Positions 49,524 through 61,017 are shown, counted from the stretch's first letter. The stretch: DNA of 64,000 nt from Bacteroidia bacterium (GCA_026391215.1 JAPLDX010000060.1:50622-114621); one strand, 5' to 3'. Made by a program: numbers and translations. Notes: a model not told the origin generated them from the letters alone.

Positions 49524-50770
49524 TTTGGCTGTTTCCTTGATGATAGATAGTAAAGAGTGCTGCAGTTGGAAGGATTGAAGTACCTGTTGACTGCTTCAAT
49601 GACCATCTTCCTGTCAATCTTCCTGTACAGATCGACTTCATTATTTATCAGGTCAGTATTTCCGATGAGGTCATAGAAGGAGAGATTCATTGCTTTATTA
49701 AGAATGCTGGTATTGGAAAAGATATTTGAAGACTCATACTTATTTTTAACCTTTTCCATCTCCGGGGAAGACAGATATTTTTCCTTAAGGTCGTTAATTA
49801 CTTGATTTACTGATTCTTCAGCCTGATGAATATCAACGCCTTTCATTAATTTCCCGTTTAATATGATAAGTCCGGGATCAATATCTGACGTGATATATGC
49901 ATCTATTTCACTGAATAGTTTTTTTTGCCTTACCAGCCTGGTATATAACCTTCCTGATTCTCCCCCGGAAAGGAGATCTGTTATAAGATCAAGGATATAA
50001 AAATCATTGCTGGTCCGTTGTCCGGTGTGCCATACTTTATAAAGAGCATTAACAGGAACATCTCTTTCAACAGTAAGCGATCTTGCCTCATTCTGCTCAG
50101 GTTCTGCGGGCAGGTCTCTTGTTCTGATATTACGCTTTTCAATAGCGCCAAACCATTTCTGCGACAGGTTGATGGCACTATCGGCTGATATATTGCCTGT
50201 CAGAGTGAGAATGGCATTATTTGGAGCATAATGAGTGAAGAAGAAGTCCCTGATTTCAGGAAGCCTGACATCTCTTATATGAGAAATATCCATACCGATT
50301 GTGGGCCAGCGGTAAGGATGTACCTTGTAGGCAAGAGGTCTCAGGATCAGCATTGCATCTCCATAAGGTTGATTAAGATAGCGCTGATTGTATTCTTCAA
50401 TGACTACACTTTTCTGAATGTCAAGGTTTTTATCAGAGAAATCGAGAAGGTTCATCCTGTCAGATTCAAGCCAGAAAGCGATTTCAATATTGCCGGCCGG
50501 CAGGGTAATATAGTAATCAGTAATATCCGTGTTGGTGAATGCATTGTTTTCACCCCCGGCAAGAAGAAGATGCTTGTCGAATTCAGGGATATGCGCAGTT
50601 CCTCCAAACATAAGGTGCTCAAAGAGATGTGCCAGTCCTGTGGAACCCGGATCTTCATCTCTTGACCCCACATCATATATTATATTCATCGCAACAAGCG
50701 GCGTGGACCTGTCCTCATGCACCAGTATCCTTAATCCGTTATCGAGAGTAAATCTGTTGTAATTGATCAT
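49520..50770 (-). CDS. M16 zinc peptidase, catalytic subunit
   Basis: GLAHLFEHLMF, NAFT, LESDRM. Confidence 0.9.
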   Translation of the reverse strand: MINYNRFTLDNGLRILVHEDRSTPLVAMNIIYDVGSRDEDPGSTGLAHLFEHLMFGGTAHIPEFDKHLLLAGGENNAFTNTDITDYYITLPAGNIEIAFWLESDRMNLLDFSDKNLDIQKSVVIEEYNQRYLNQPYGDAMLILRPLAYKVHPYRWPTIGMDISHIRDVRLPEIRDFFFTHYAPNNAILTLTGNISADSAINLSQKWFGAIEKRNIRTRDLPAEPEQNEARSLTVERDVPVNALYKVWHTGQRTSNDFYILDLITDLLSGGESGRLYTRLVRQKKLFSEIDAYITSDIDPGLIILNGKLMKGVDIHQAEESVNQVINDLKEKYLSSPEMEKVKNKYESSNIFSNTSILNKAMNLSFYDLIGNTDLINNEVDLYRKIDRKMVIEAVNRYFNPSNCSTLYYLSSRKQPK

Positions 50771-50881
50771 AATTCCGTTCCTCAGCGAACCATAGCTCTA
50801 CAAGTTGACAAACTTAAATAAAAAACTGTGAAGCAAGAGTAATGTTTTTATATTTGCATCATTATGTTCATAAACAGGATT

Positions 50882-52162
50882 ATGAAAAAGGATACTTTGA
50901 TTTTTGACATTATTGAAAAGGAGCGTCAGCGGCAGCTGAACGGAATAGAACTTATCGCTTCAGAAAACTTTGTAAGCCCCCAGGTGCTCGAAGCCATGGG
51001 TTCAGTGCTGACAAACAAATATGCGGAAGGATATCCGGGGAACCGTTATTATGGCGGTTGTGAAATTGTGGACCAGGCTGAGCAGCTGGCCATTGACCGG
51101 TTAAAACAGCTTTTTGATGCGGAATATGCCAATGTGCAACCCCATTCAGGAGCTCAGGCCAATATGGCTGTTTTCATGACCGTTCTTAAACCCGGGGATA
51201 CTTTCATGGGATTGAACCTGGCACATGGAGGACATCTCTCGCATGGATCGCCGGTAAATTCTTCAGGTATCCTTTACCATCCGGTGGCGTATGGTGTAAA
51301 GGAGGAAACAGGCATGGTTGACTACGATATGATGGAGGAAGTCGCCCTTAAGGAAAAGCCTAAACTGATCGTTGGAGGCGCTTCTGCCTATTCCCGTGAA
51401 TGGGATTATGAAAGGATGAGAAAAATAGCCGATATGGCCGGTGCCCTTTTAATGATTGACATGGCACATCCTGCCGGAATAATTGCTGCCGGCCTTCTTA
51501 AGAATCCTCTGAAATATGCACATATAGTAACATCGACAACCCATAAAACACTAAGGGGTCCGCGGGGAGGGATCATACTTATGGGCAAAGACTTTATTAA
51601 TCCCTGGGGAATAACAACCACCAAGGGTGAGGTCAGGATGATGTCATCGCTTATTAATTCAGCCGTCTTCCCGGGTGTTCAGGGAGGACCGCTTGAGCAT
51701 GTTATAGCTTCCAAAGCAGTCTCTTTCGGGGAAGCGCTTCAACCTGAATTCAGGGAATACCAGGCGAGGGTGATAAAGAATGCTTCGGCAATGGCACAGG
51801 CATTTATGGATAAAGGTTATAAGGTAATTTCAAATGGCACAGACAACCACCTTATGCTTATTGACCTCAGGACAAAATTCCCGGATATTTCAGGAAAGAA
51901 AGTGGAAAATACCCTTGTCCGGTCTCATATCACGGTAAATAAGAATATGGTGCCTTTCGACAGCCGGTCGCCATTTCTCACCTCCGGACTAAGAGTCGGT
52001 ACTCCGGCAATTACTACCAGGGGTATGAAGGAAGAGCACATGGGAGTTATTGTGGATCTTATCGATGAAGTCATCTCTGACATTGATAATGAATCAGTTA
52101 TTGCAGGAGTGGGAGAGAAGGTTGTGAAAATGATGAAATCTTTTCCTCTATTTTCGATGTGA
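50882..52162 (+). CDS. glyA: Serine hydroxymethyltransferase
   Basis: [35 protein letters not shown]; TATATTTG -7 element at 50849. Confidence 0.97.
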   Translation: MKKDTLIFDIIEKERQRQLNGIELIASENFVSPQVLEAMGSVLTNKYAEGYPGNRYYGGCEIVDQAEQLAIDRLKQLFDAEYANVQPHSGAQANMAVFMTVLKPGDTFMGLNLAHGGHLSHGSPVNSSGILYHPVAYGVKEETGMVDYDMMEEVALKEKPKLIVGGASAYSREWDYERMRKIADMAGALLMIDMAHPAGIIAAGLLKNPLKYAHIVTSTTHKTLRGPRGGIILMGKDFINPWGITTTKGEVRMMSSLINSAVFPGVQGGPLEHVIASKAVSFGEALQPEFREYQARVIKNASAMAQAFMDKGYKVISNGTDNHLMLIDLRTKFPDISGKKVENTLVRSHITVNKNMVPFDSRSPFLTSGLRVGTPAITTRGMKEEHMGVIVDLIDEVISDIDNESVIAGVGEKVVKMMKSFPLFSM

Positions 52163-52236
52163 TAATAACTTGTGATTATTTTTGCTTCAAATAATTTAGT
52201 AACTTTACATTTATCCGTTGTTATTATATTTTAGTG

Positions 52237-52614
52237 ATGAGCAACAAGAAACTAATTTACATCGTTGACGACGATCCTTTTATTAACACGTTGCTGGTTA
52301 AAAGATTAGCCTCTGATCAATACACTCTTGAAACATTTGAATCAGGAGAGGAATGCCTTAAAGCAATTGACAAAAATCCCGACCTGATAATCCTTGATTA
52401 CCTGTTTGTGAAGAAGGACCATGAATTCATGAATGGAATGCAGGTACTGGACAAGATTAAGGAATTAAAGCCAGGCACTCCGGTAATAATGCTTTCTGGT
52501 CAGGATAAAGGAGAAATAGTGCTGGAACTGGCAAGGAAAGGTATTAACGATTATATCATCAAGGACAATAACCTGATCGATAACCTCAGTGCTGCAATAA
52601 ATGAGGTTTTTTAG
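52237..52614 (+). CDS. Single-domain response regulator (receiver only)
   Basis: IVDDD, IILDY, MNG, MLSG, DYIIK. Confidence 0.85.
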   Translation: MSNKKLIYIVDDDPFINTLLVKRLASDQYTLETFESGEECLKAIDKNPDLIILDYLFVKKDHEFMNGMQVLDKIKELKPGTPVIMLSGQDKGEIVLELARKGINDYIIKDNNLIDNLSAAINEVF

Positions 52615-52629
52615 AAAGCCGGGTAAAGT

Positions 52630-53523
52630 CTATTTCAGGATAAAATTATAAGTTATTGTTCCCTTCTGGATAACGGGAGCATCGGATTTTACATCAAATT
52701 GCGCCTGTAAAGCCGCATCTTTAGCCACCTTCAGCAGATATTCATCCAGTGTGCTTGATCCTTTTATTCCGGGAACAGCCTGTATCACTTTTCCTGATCT
52801 GTCAACACTGACCTCGACAACAACTCTTCCCTCGCCCTGGTAATCATATTCAGGCAGTGGAAGTTTCTGGAATCCTCGTCCCCCAAGCTCATATGAAATG
52901 CCGCTATTGCCTGTCCCGCCGCCCTCACCGCGATTCTGTGAATTGAGATCTCCGGAAGGTACTCCCTGGTTGCCCTCTCCGCCTGCGACACCCTCGCCAG
53001 TTGATGAGGTCCCTGCATTTTTTGAGCCCTCGAGAGCTTTCCTTGTGCGGTCCATGATATCTGCCTGCCGCTGCTGTTCAGCTTCTATCCTCTTTCTTTC
53101 AATTTCCTCCTGTTCCGTGCGTATTCTTTCGGCTTCAGCCTGCTCTCTTTGAATTCTTTCGGTTTCAATCTGCTCAAGCCTTTTCTTCTCGGCTTCTGGA
53201 TCAACTTTTTTCACTTCGGGAGCCTCTTCATTATCCTGGGTTAACAATGGCTCATCATCCGTAACTATTCCGGTCTCCGGAGGAGGGGGAGGAGAAACAT
53301 CTTCCTGGTAAGCAGGAGAAGATGGTTCAATCAGGCCCAGTCCTGTTTCATCGGTGCCGAAATTTACTAGAATACCCGCTTCCTCTTCAGGCGGAGGCGG
53401 AATTGAAAATCCAAAAAGCATACACAATACAAGTACTGCAAGATGGATCAAAATGGTTCCAGCCAGCCCTTTTCCCCTTTCTGAAGGAAAACGGTAAGGG
53501 TCGTTATTTGGGTGTTGTTGCAA
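52630..53523 (-). CDS. TonB/TolA-like energy transducer
   Basis: N-terminal TM segment with His, Pro/Glu-rich linker, C-terminal EGRVVVEVSVDRSGKV...GTITYNF. Confidence 0.8.
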   Translation of the reverse strand: MQQHPNNDPYRFPSERGKGLAGTILIHLAVLVLCMLFGFSIPPPPEEEAGILVNFGTDETGLGLIEPSSPAYQEDVSPPPPPETGIVTDDEPLLTQDNEEAPEVKKVDPEAEKKRLEQIETERIQREQAEAERIRTEQEEIERKRIEAEQQRQADIMDRTRKALEGSKNAGTSSTGEGVAGGEGNQGVPSGDLNSQNRGEGGGTGNSGISYELGGRGFQKLPLPEYDYQGEGRVVVEVSVDRSGKVIQAVPGIKGSSTLDEYLLKVAKDAALQAQFDVKSDAPVIQKGTITYNFILK

Positions 53524-53896
53524 TTATCAGCTTGTAATTATTTGCCTGTGCAATATTCAGTACCTGGACAACAGTTTCAAATGGAACAGTTTTATCAGCA
53601 TGGAGGGCAATATATGTTTCAGGATTACTTCCGAGTTTTGCCTTTAATACAGCTTCCAGCTCAGCCAATGTTACAGGCTGCTGTTCAACGTAATATCGTT
53701 GATCAGCAGTTATTGAAACGGTAGTCTGGGGTTTGGCCGAAGTCTGCGTGCTCCCTTTAGGAAGCAAAAGCTTCAATGCAGTGGGATGAACAAGTGTTGA
53801 TGTTAACATGAAGAATATCAAAAGATTGAAGACAACATCTGTCATCCCTACAGAGCTGAAATTTACACTTATTTTATTTCTGTTTGAGATAGCCAT
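53504..53896 (-). CDS. exbD: ExbD/TolR-family protein
   Basis: MTDVVFNLLIFFML, ADKTV. Confidence 0.88.
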   Translation of the reverse strand: MAISNRNKISVNFSSVGMTDVVFNLLIFFMLTSTLVHPTALKLLLPKGSTQTSAKPQTTVSITADQRYYVEQQPVTLAELEAVLKAKLGSNPETYIALHADKTVPFETVVQVLNIAQANNYKLIIATTPK

Positions 53897-53904
53897 TGTA
53901 CTGG

Positions 53905-54591
53905 TTATTTTTTTACAGGTTCATTTAAGATATCCATGAATTCAGTGAGTGTAGCCTCAAGGTTAAAGACCACTCTTTCCACCCTCACAACAAGAACATT
54001 GTATGCAAAATACCCGAGTATCCCTACAATAAGTCCTGCAACCGTAGTGATAAGTGCAGTATAAATACCATCAGAAAGCAGTGATACTTCAATGTTGTTT
54101 CCTGCCTGTGACATTGCATAGAATGACTGGACCATACCTATTACAGTTCCCAGGAATCCGAGCATCGGTTCAGCTCCGGTAATTGTAGCCAGCGTGGGAA
54201 AGCTTTTTTCGAGTTTTGCTATTTCCAGTTTTCCTACATTTTCAATGGCAGTTGTAATGTCCTGTAAAGGTCTTCCGAGCCTTGTGATTCCCTTTTCAAC
54301 CATTCTTGCGGAAGGGCTGTCGGTGGACTTGCAGAGGGCAACTGCAGCTTCAATCTTACCATCATGAATATAGTCTTTGATCCTGTTCATAAAGTTCTGA
54401 TCATCCTTTGTAGCCTTCCTGATTACATAATACCTTTCAACGAAGATATATACGGCAACAAATGAGAGAAGTATGATGGGGATCATAACCCATCCTCCCT
54501 TGATAGCAAAATCGAGTATCGTCAGATCCGTCTGTCCGGCTGTTTCAACAGGAAGTGTAACATCCTGTAACATGAATTGTAAAAATCCCAT
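53905..54591 (-). CDS. exbB: MotA/TolQ/ExbB proton channel
   Basis: PMLGFLGTVIGM, GIYTALITTVAGLIVGI. Confidence 0.88.
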   Translation of the reverse strand: MGFLQFMLQDVTLPVETAGQTDLTILDFAIKGGWVMIPIILLSFVAVYIFVERYYVIRKATKDDQNFMNRIKDYIHDGKIEAAVALCKSTDSPSARMVEKGITRLGRPLQDITTAIENVGKLEIAKLEKSFPTLATITGAEPMLGFLGTVIGMVQSFYAMSQAGNNIEVSLLSDGIYTALITTVAGLIVGILGYFAYNVLVVRVERVVFNLEATLTEFMDILNEPVKK

Positions 54592-54755
54592 ATCTTATCT
54601 TTTAATCGTTACTTATTAGTATTCTGCTTTTTAAATTCACGTGCGAAGATATTAAAAAACGTATTTATATGGTGTTCTATTATTTGGGATTAATAACAAT
54701 GTATAAAAATTTATTAACCAAACTTGTTTAACTGGACAGAAGAGGGAGGAAAGGA

Positions 54756-57700
54756 TTATTGTCCCGGGACAACCGGTTCTTCTTCCTTTTTCATGTCTGA
54801 ATTGACTTTCTTCCTGAAGAGGTCAGAGAATTTATCAAAATCCTGTTTGAAGAAAAGACCTACTCCCTGCGTATAATCAGCCTGCCTTGCGGAATAGGGA
54901 TTATTGAACCTGTTGAATACTTTAAAACGTATGTTTTCAGTGAGCTTATATTCAATATCAAAATCACCGATTAGCTGATCGGTATTGTCAGTTGATCCGC
55001 CGGTGCCTCTCACATCGAAATTCCCGTTAATGGCTACTTTGTCATTCAGCAGCTGTGTTGATAAAGCAAGCTGCACCTCATTGGAATTGAGATCTTTATA
55101 ACCAGGCCTGTACACAAAACCCACATTAAAATCGTTGCTGATCTGAGACACCCAGTTGCTGAGCTGGTTTGAAACCATTTCGGTTGTGGTGACAGCCATT
55201 GCCGATGTCCCGGTTGCGGTCGTCGTGGAGGTGAGTGACGATCCAAAGGAGGGATCGGCATAGAAGCTGTTCATGACAAGAAGGTACAGGAACTGGCGGC
55301 TTTTTTCTTCTTCGGTTGTGATCACATTCTTCAGATATGCTTTCGTGGCTTCATCAGCATCCGGAAGAACTATATCAAGGCCTACAATCGGGTTAAACAG
55401 ATTGCCTGTAAGATTGATCTGGCACTCGACCGGGATCCTCTCATTATAGCTCTCATCATGAAGTATCTCATATAGTGAGGTCTTAAGCTTATAGATGGCT
55501 TTAACATCAATTTCTGCATTATCAATATCTCCGTTGAAGCTTATTTTCCCTCCATTTTCGACACTGAAAGGCTTATTGAAAATATTTCCAAGTGTGAACA
55601 GGTAATCTCCGTCCTCAATAATATAATCGCCGGAAATTTTAAAATCACCCTTTTCGTTAATATTTATGTTCAGGTTGCCTGACCCATGACCTTTCATCAC
55701 ATCTCCTATTTTTGAATCAAAGATCAGCTGTACTTCTGCATCGGGCGTCACTTCAAGATCGAAATTCATTACCACCTTTGCTTCAGGAACAGGCTTCTTT
55801 GTATTCTTGCCGGAAACATCCTGAGCTATGACAACAGAATCAGGATCTATGAAAGAAATGTAAGAATAGTCCGATACAGTCTCACTGCTATTCAGCGGGA
55901 TATAGAATCTGGTGTTCCTTCCTGTTTTTGCAGATATGTCAAATGAAACATTGTTGGCATTGTTCTTAATAGTTGCTACTCCTGTTGCGAAAGCTGTTCC
56001 ATAGAAGAGATCATTATCCTTAGGGCGTGTATTAAGGACCATTGATTCATCTGCTGTGATCATAAGATCGGAGTTGTATTCATCCTTGAAGTACCTGTGA
56101 TTAATAGCTCCGTTCAGAATTGCCTTATTCCCTCTTTCATCAGTCAGCTTTACATTGTCGAAAATGATTTTGTTCCTGTCAAATTTTATTGAATCATTCA
56201 GATTGTATTTTGTCTGCAGGTAGTCAACTTTCAGCGAAGCATTTTCCGTCATAAGAGCGCCCCTGAGCACCAGCTGGTTCAATTCGCCGGACATGTTTAC
56301 CTTGCCTGTCGCTGTTCCTGAAATCCCTGATGCAAAAAACCTGAGCAGCGGATTAAGGGCATCAATTGGGAGCTTGTCAGCAGCCCCGTCCAGGGATATC
56401 TTCCTGGTTGAAGGATCATAATATCCTGTTATGTCCAGCATCTTTTTTCCGCCAAGATTATTCCCTGCACGTATTTCAGCAACTCTCTTTTCAGAATCCC
56501 ATTCTGATACAATTGACAGATCACCATAATCACTTTCAAGCATTGAAAAATTGTTCACCTTCAGATTGCTTTCAAGAAGGATATCCTTGTAAATACCTGT
56601 CATCAACGCATTTCCGTTAAGCTCTCCCTTAATGTCAAGGGGGATCATATACGTGCTTTCTTTCTTTCGCGCAAGATAATTGAGAAAGGAAATATCAATT
56701 CCCTTGAATTCAATGTGAAGAGTATCGGAAGGATCTTCTGAAACAGAGCCGTCAACAAGATAGTAATGCTCTTTATTATTGATAAACAGTTTGTTGATTT
56801 TCAGAGAATTTGAATCAAGAGCAATGGAGGAATGGTTGATCTTCCAAAGTTTATTGCTAACGTAGATATCATTGGAATCAATATCAATAAGAAGAACAGG
56901 ATTATTATTTTCTTTCCTGCTGTACGTACCGCTTGCACTGAACCTGCCGCTATTTGGCACCTTATCCTTGTTATCCCAGCCCAGGGCAAAAAGAATAGTA
57001 TCGGGTTTTGTGTTAAGGTTGACAGAAAATCCCTTTAGATAAGATTGTCCCAGAAGGTTAAGCGAGGAACTTTTTAATTCTGCATTAAGCTCAGGTAAGG
57101 AAAGATTTCCTTCAAGTGAAAAGTCATTAAACGTATTATTCCTGAAGCTTAAGGTTTTTGCTTTCCCCGTTATCCTCATAATGCTGTCTGTAAATATTGA
57201 TCCGTTCAGGTAGCTCTTTTCAGAAAGCAATATTCCCGTTTTGAAGAAATTATTAAGCCTGTCAGTATTCTTGAAATTCACATTGAATGTGAAATTATTT
57301 TTCATCTCATCCTTGCCTTCAACAGGCTTTGAGAATCGTGAAGGCATAAGCGAGGCAAGTGTCGTTTTAACCAGCGTTCCTAATGTTGTGAAGTTATAAT
57401 AGCCTCTCAGATCGGCATCCACATAATCGGTCCGCAGGCTTATCGCGGGTCTGTTGTTCTCATTAAATGTCTTTATTGAGAAATTATAGATCTCAAGGGT
57501 GTTGCCGTATCTTTTCAGCCTGGAATTGAGGAGCTTTATTTCACCATCAATGTCATCAATATTATGGCCCTTAATGTTTGCTGTCAGAAGCATTGAAATT
57601 GACGAAGCTGTATCAGATTTATCTAAATTCAGCTTATTCATATCAGCATTTGCCAGGTTAAGCGTGAAATCAAACTCAGGAAGCTCCCTGTTAAAATTGA

Positions 57701-59222
57701 ACATGCCTAAAATATCCATCCTGATATTCTTGTCAGAGATCTTTACATTACCGTCCCACGTTTTTTCGGTGAAAACGCCGTTAAGCCCTATATTACGGTA
57801 TCTGTACTTGTTCACTTCAATACTGTCAATCATTCCTGAGAGACTACCGGAAAATTTCTTCATGGAATATGCAATACCGTTAACATTGGTCCTTATGCTT
57901 AGGTTACCCAGAAGCTCAGGCTTCCCTGTCAGGTATCCAAGGTCAACATTGGTTCCGGTGACCAGCCCCTGTACCCTGAACCTGTTTGATTCCTCGGGTC
58001 TCATTGAAACGTCTGTCTTGATTGTCCCGGCCGGCGTCCACATCTTTCCGTACGCAACGAAATCAGTTGTAAAGCCGGTAAAGCTCCCGGTGAATGAAAA
58101 GGTTGTCAGTTTATTAAAGAAATCGGGAAGCTTTACGGGTCCCCTTCCCGGGATATTTATCTTCTTTATGTCCTCTACATTGGATCTCAGGTTATTAATG
58201 CCGAAATAAATAAAAGAATTTTCAATTTCAGGCAAGCCCGAAATATCAAAATCACAGTCCAGGTATGTATGATCCATCCAGGAAAGCTCAATGTTTCTGC
58301 CTCTTAATTCTGAGATTGTCCCGAGTATTTTCCCGGAGACTATTACAGATTGATCCATTCCATTTGTCAACGGGACAAAATACTGAAGGTCTGAAAAATG
58401 AACCAGCGACTTGTCGAGCATTATATCAAGCCGGACTCCGTTTATAATATCTTTGAAGGAGGAGTCAGCTATGACACCGGCATGCTGTATATTTAATATG
58501 GAGCTGTCGCAATTCACTGAGGCGGAATTGAAAAGGATATAGTTTTTGGCGAGAACAACCCCGCTGTTCATTTTCGAAACTGCAAATCCTCCCGATTCCC
58601 TGAATCCAAGGTCATATATACTGAAGGAAGTGGTATCATTCTGTATATTAAAATCTTCCAGCATGCAGCTGATCCCTGAGAGATGCAAATTATTCAGATC
58701 AAGAGGGGTTTTGCTTCCGGCTTTTCCCATATTCACAAGCGCGAATCTTCCACTATCTATTTCTATTTGATTTATAGCGATAATGGTTCTTGTTTTCTTC
58801 ACTGTATCGCCGGGCGTCATAAGCTTATCTATGTACCATTTAAGGTTAAGAGTGCCGCCGGAATCAGTTATAAATGCGACAACCGGATTGACCAGATTAA
58901 GCCTTCCGAGCATCACTATGTTTTCCTTGAGGTTGAGCTTCCTGATAACGGCTGATACTTGCTGAGCATAGATCAGAGTATCATTGTTCTGATCTTTTAT
59001 TAATATATTATTCAGGTTCAGCTTGTTAAAGAACTGAAAATTTACATCGCCTACGGATAATGTCGATTTAAACTCTTCTGAAATGTGATCAGTGATTCTC
59101 CTGATGACCATGGTCTGCACACCAGGTCTGCTTAACACAAAAGCAAGAAGCGTCGGGAGAATAATTATGATACCGATGAAAATGATAAAGTACTTAAGCG
59201 ATTTTTTAAAACTATTTACCAA
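54756..59222 (-). CDS. tamB: TamB (DUF490) translocation/assembly module protein
   Basis: 1488 aa; N-terminal TM anchor; beta-rich body; C-terminal GDY...F...G.I.F.G...A.Y and QGVGLFF. Confidence 0.82.
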   Translation of the reverse strand: MVNSFKKSLKYFIIFIGIIIILPTLLAFVLSRPGVQTMVIRRITDHISEEFKSTLSVGDVNFQFFNKLNLNNILIKDQNNDTLIYAQQVSAVIRKLNLKENIVMLGRLNLVNPVVAFITDSGGTLNLKWYIDKLMTPGDTVKKTRTIIAINQIEIDSGRFALVNMGKAGSKTPLDLNNLHLSGISCMLEDFNIQNDTTSFSIYDLGFRESGGFAVSKMNSGVVLAKNYILFNSASVNCDSSILNIQHAGVIADSSFKDIINGVRLDIMLDKSLVHFSDLQYFVPLTNGMDQSVIVSGKILGTISELRGRNIELSWMDHTYLDCDFDISGLPEIENSFIYFGINNLRSNVEDIKKINIPGRGPVKLPDFFNKLTTFSFTGSFTGFTTDFVAYGKMWTPAGTIKTDVSMRPEESNRFRVQGLVTGTNVDLGYLTGKPELLGNLSIRTNVNGIAYSMKKFSGSLSGMIDSIEVNKYRYRNIGLNGVFTEKTWDGNVKISDKNIRMDILGMFNFNRELPEFDFTLNLANADMNKLNLDKSDTASSISMLLTANIKGHNIDDIDGEIKLLNSRLKRYGNTLEIYNFSIKTFNENNRPAISLRTDYVDADLRGYYNFTTLGTLVKTTLASLMPSRFSKPVEGKDEMKNNFTFNVNFKNTDRLNNFFKTGILLSEKSYLNGSIFTDSIMRITGKAKTLSFRNNTFNDFSLEGNLSLPELNAELKSSSLNLLGQSYLKGFSVNLNTKPDTILFALGWDNKDKVPNSGRFSASGTYSRKENNNPVLLIDIDSNDIYVSNKLWKINHSSIALDSNSLKINKLFINNKEHYYLVDGSVSEDPSDTLHIEFKGIDISFLNYLARKKESTYMIPLDIKGELNGNALMTGIYKDILLESNLKVNNFSMLESDYGDLSIVSEWDSEKRVAEIRAGNNLGGKKMLDITGYYDPSTRKISLDGAADKLPIDALNPLLRFFASGISGTATGKVNMSGELNQLVLRGALMTENASLKVDYLQTKYNLNDSIKFDRNKIIFDNVKLTDERGNKAILNGAINHRYFKDEYNSDLMITADESMVLNTRPKDNDLFYGTAFATGVATIKNNANNVSFDISAKTGRNTRFYIPLNSSETVSDYSYISFIDPDSVVIAQDVSGKNTKKPVPEAKVVMNFDLEVTPDAEVQLIFDSKIGDVMKGHGSGNLNININEKGDFKISGDYIIEDGDYLFTLGNIFNKPFSVENGGKISFNGDIDNAEIDVKAIYKLKTSLYEILHDESYNERIPVECQINLTGNLFNPIVGLDIVLPDADEATKAYLKNVITTEEEKSRQFLYLLVMNSFYADPSFGSSLTSTTTATGTSAMAVTTTEMVSNQLSNWVSQISNDFNVGFVYRPGYKDLNSNEVQLALSTQLLNDKVAINGNFDVRGTGGSTDNTDQLIGDFDIEYKLTENIRFKVFNRFNNPYSARQADYTQGVGLFFKQDFDKFSDLFRKKVNSDMKKEEEPVVPGQ

Positions 59223-59382
59223 TGTGGAATAAAAGGTTTTACTACATTAATTTCAAAGTCCAGTGCCGTTCCAGGGCATAAAGATAATAAAAGCAGAATT
59301 CAATTGATCGGGCTTTTAATTTGCGTAATTTTACTAAATAAATAACTTGCTATTTTAAAATTAACAACTAAAATCTGCACCT

Positions 59383-59814
59383 ATGGAAAACTTGATTATA
59401 GAACCAAAGAAACAGTTATTAGGTAAAAAAGGACTTGGTGTATTTTGGATTTTATTTGGTATTGTTTTAGTAATTTTTGGAAAAGACTCATTGGATAAAT
59501 GGCGTTGGATGACATCTATAACGTTTTGCTTAATTGGGGTAATACATTTTACTCCTCTCGCGGGTTCTGATAAATCACAAATAGAGATTTGCGAGGGTTG
59601 TTTGAAGATCACCTGGATAAACTGGATTCGAAAGATTACGGTTTTGGATAGTGAAATTGAAAGTATTCTTCTGGCAAAAAACGGGGTTATAATTAAAAGG
59701 AAAGATAAGAGACCTTTGAAGATTGAATTTTACTTCATTGAAAAAGAACAAAAAGCTCAGGTCTATAAATTTTTTACCGAGTACGCTCAGCAAAAGAATC
59801 TTGTTCAGGAATAA
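59383..59814 (+). CDS. Hypothetical small membrane protein (2 TM)
   Basis: 143-aa AT-rich ORF next to the IS. Confidence 0.55.
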   Translation: MENLIIEPKKQLLGKKGLGVFWILFGIVLVIFGKDSLDKWRWMTSITFCLIGVIHFTPLAGSDKSQIEICEGCLKITWINWIRKITVLDSEIESILLAKNGVIIKRKDKRPLKIEFYFIEKEQKAQVYKFFTEYAQQKNLVQE

Positions 59815-59877
59815 TTCTGCGGCATTTCATTCTAATACCACTTCTGCCCCATCCTCTGTTAAATGCCTTGTCATTCC

Positions 59878-60927
59878 TGTAAATGTTAGATAATTCGTAG
59901 ACAATATTTACTTTATACTTAAAATGAATATTTAGTCTATGAGAGATAATACAAGTAATCTGACTCTTACAAGAAACTATCTTCAGAAGTATCGATTCTT
60001 AATTAGAGAATATGAGTTAGTAAAGCAAAACAAGCATCCTCAATTTCGGTTTGTATATGAGTTTTGTAAAGCTCATGATACTGATCGACGCAGTTTTCTT
60101 AAGTACTATAATCGCTTTAAGCAAAGCGGGCAAGAAGAAGATCTGCTACCGCGGAAGCGTGGTCCAAGATGGAAGACGCGACGCCCCATCCCCTTTATTG
60201 AGAATAAAGTAAAAGAATTACGATTATTGGGAAATAATCGATTTGAAATAGTAAGTATATTGCAACCTACATTAAAGGGACATACGCCTTCAGCATCTGG
60301 AGTTTATAATATAATAAAGCGACAAGGCTTGAATAGATTAAAACCTGCAATGAAACAATCGAAGAGAAAAATAATTAAGGAAAAGGCTGGTGAATTGGCG
60401 CATATAGATACGCATTACTTAAATAAAGGTATTGTATCCGGGGATAATAAAAGATATTATCTTGTTTGTGTGGTTGATGACTGTTCCCGAATAGCCTGGG
60501 CTGAAATTATTGAAGACATTAAAAGCTTAACGGTCATGTTTGCTGTGCTAAGATCATTAAATATGTTAGCACAGCATTACCAGGTTAAGTTCGCAGAAGT
60601 GCTGACTGACAATGGTCCTGAGTTTGGATCAAAGGAATCAAGGAAAAAAGAGGGACATCCATTTGAAAGGATGTTAATTGAAATGGGAATAAAACACAGA
60701 TATATAAAACCATACAGGCCTCAAACAAATGGAAAAGCAGAGCGATTTTGGAGGACTATTGAAGAGGATCTCTTTGAAGAAACGAACTTCGATACTCTGG
60801 CAGAGATGAAAGAGGAGTTATTACAATATATGTATTACTATAATCATGAAAGGCCTCACCAGGGTATAAATGGATTAACTCCTGCCAAATTTTTGGAAAA
60901 CTGTCCTCGAATTACTTAACATCTACA
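59878..60927 (+). mobile_element. IS481-family insertion sequence
   Basis: 26-bp imperfect TIRs beginning TGT: TGTAAATGTTAGATAATTCGTAGACA, and the reverse complement of the right end TGTAGATGTTAAGTAATTCGAGGACA (21/26 match). They enclose a single DDE transposase. Confidence 0.85.
59939..60919 (+). CDS. IS481-family DDE transposase (rve integrase core)
   Basis: GELAHIDT, VDDCSR, LTDNGPEF, PQTNGKAERFWRT, YNHERPHQG; the stop codon lies in the right TIR. Confidence 0.9.
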   Translation: MRDNTSNLTLTRNYLQKYRFLIREYELVKQNKHPQFRFVYEFCKAHDTDRRSFLKYYNRFKQSGQEEDLLPRKRGPRWKTRRPIPFIENKVKELRLLGNNRFEIVSILQPTLKGHTPSASGVYNIIKRQGLNRLKPAMKQSKRKIIKEKAGELAHIDTHYLNKGIVSGDNKRYYLVCVVDDCSRIAWAEIIEDIKSLTVMFAVLRSLNMLAQHYQVKFAEVLTDNGPEFGSKESRKKEGHPFERMLIEMGIKHRYIKPYRPQTNGKAERFWRTIEEDLFEETNFDTLAEMKEELLQYMYYYNHERPHQGINGLTPAKFLENCPRIT

Positions 60928-60956
60928 GGAATGACAAGTGAATTTTTGGGTGTGTG

Positions 60957-60996
60957 GGAGGAGCGGCGATTAGCTGGGGCGAATCGCCGCTCCTCC
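60957..60996. repeat. Perfect 15-bp GC-rich hairpin
   Basis: GGAGGAGCGGCGATT-N10-AATCGCCGCTCCTCC. Confidence 0.8.
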
Positions 60997-61017
60997 TTCC
61001 CCCTTGACAAATGACGA

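Noticed and set aside
8788-52614. Hybrid kinase and stand-alone receiver as a cognate pair
   Set aside because: 40 kb apart with no sequence evidence linking them.
57499-58209. 236-aa plus-strand ORF and the many other 60-190-aa overlapping ORFs in the track
   Set aside because: They lie inside well-supported genes, antisense or in another frame, and have no recognisable motifs.
59383-59814. Small membrane ORF as IS cargo or defence gene
   Set aside because: It lies outside the TIRs and has no recognisable motif; only AT-richness hints at foreign origin.
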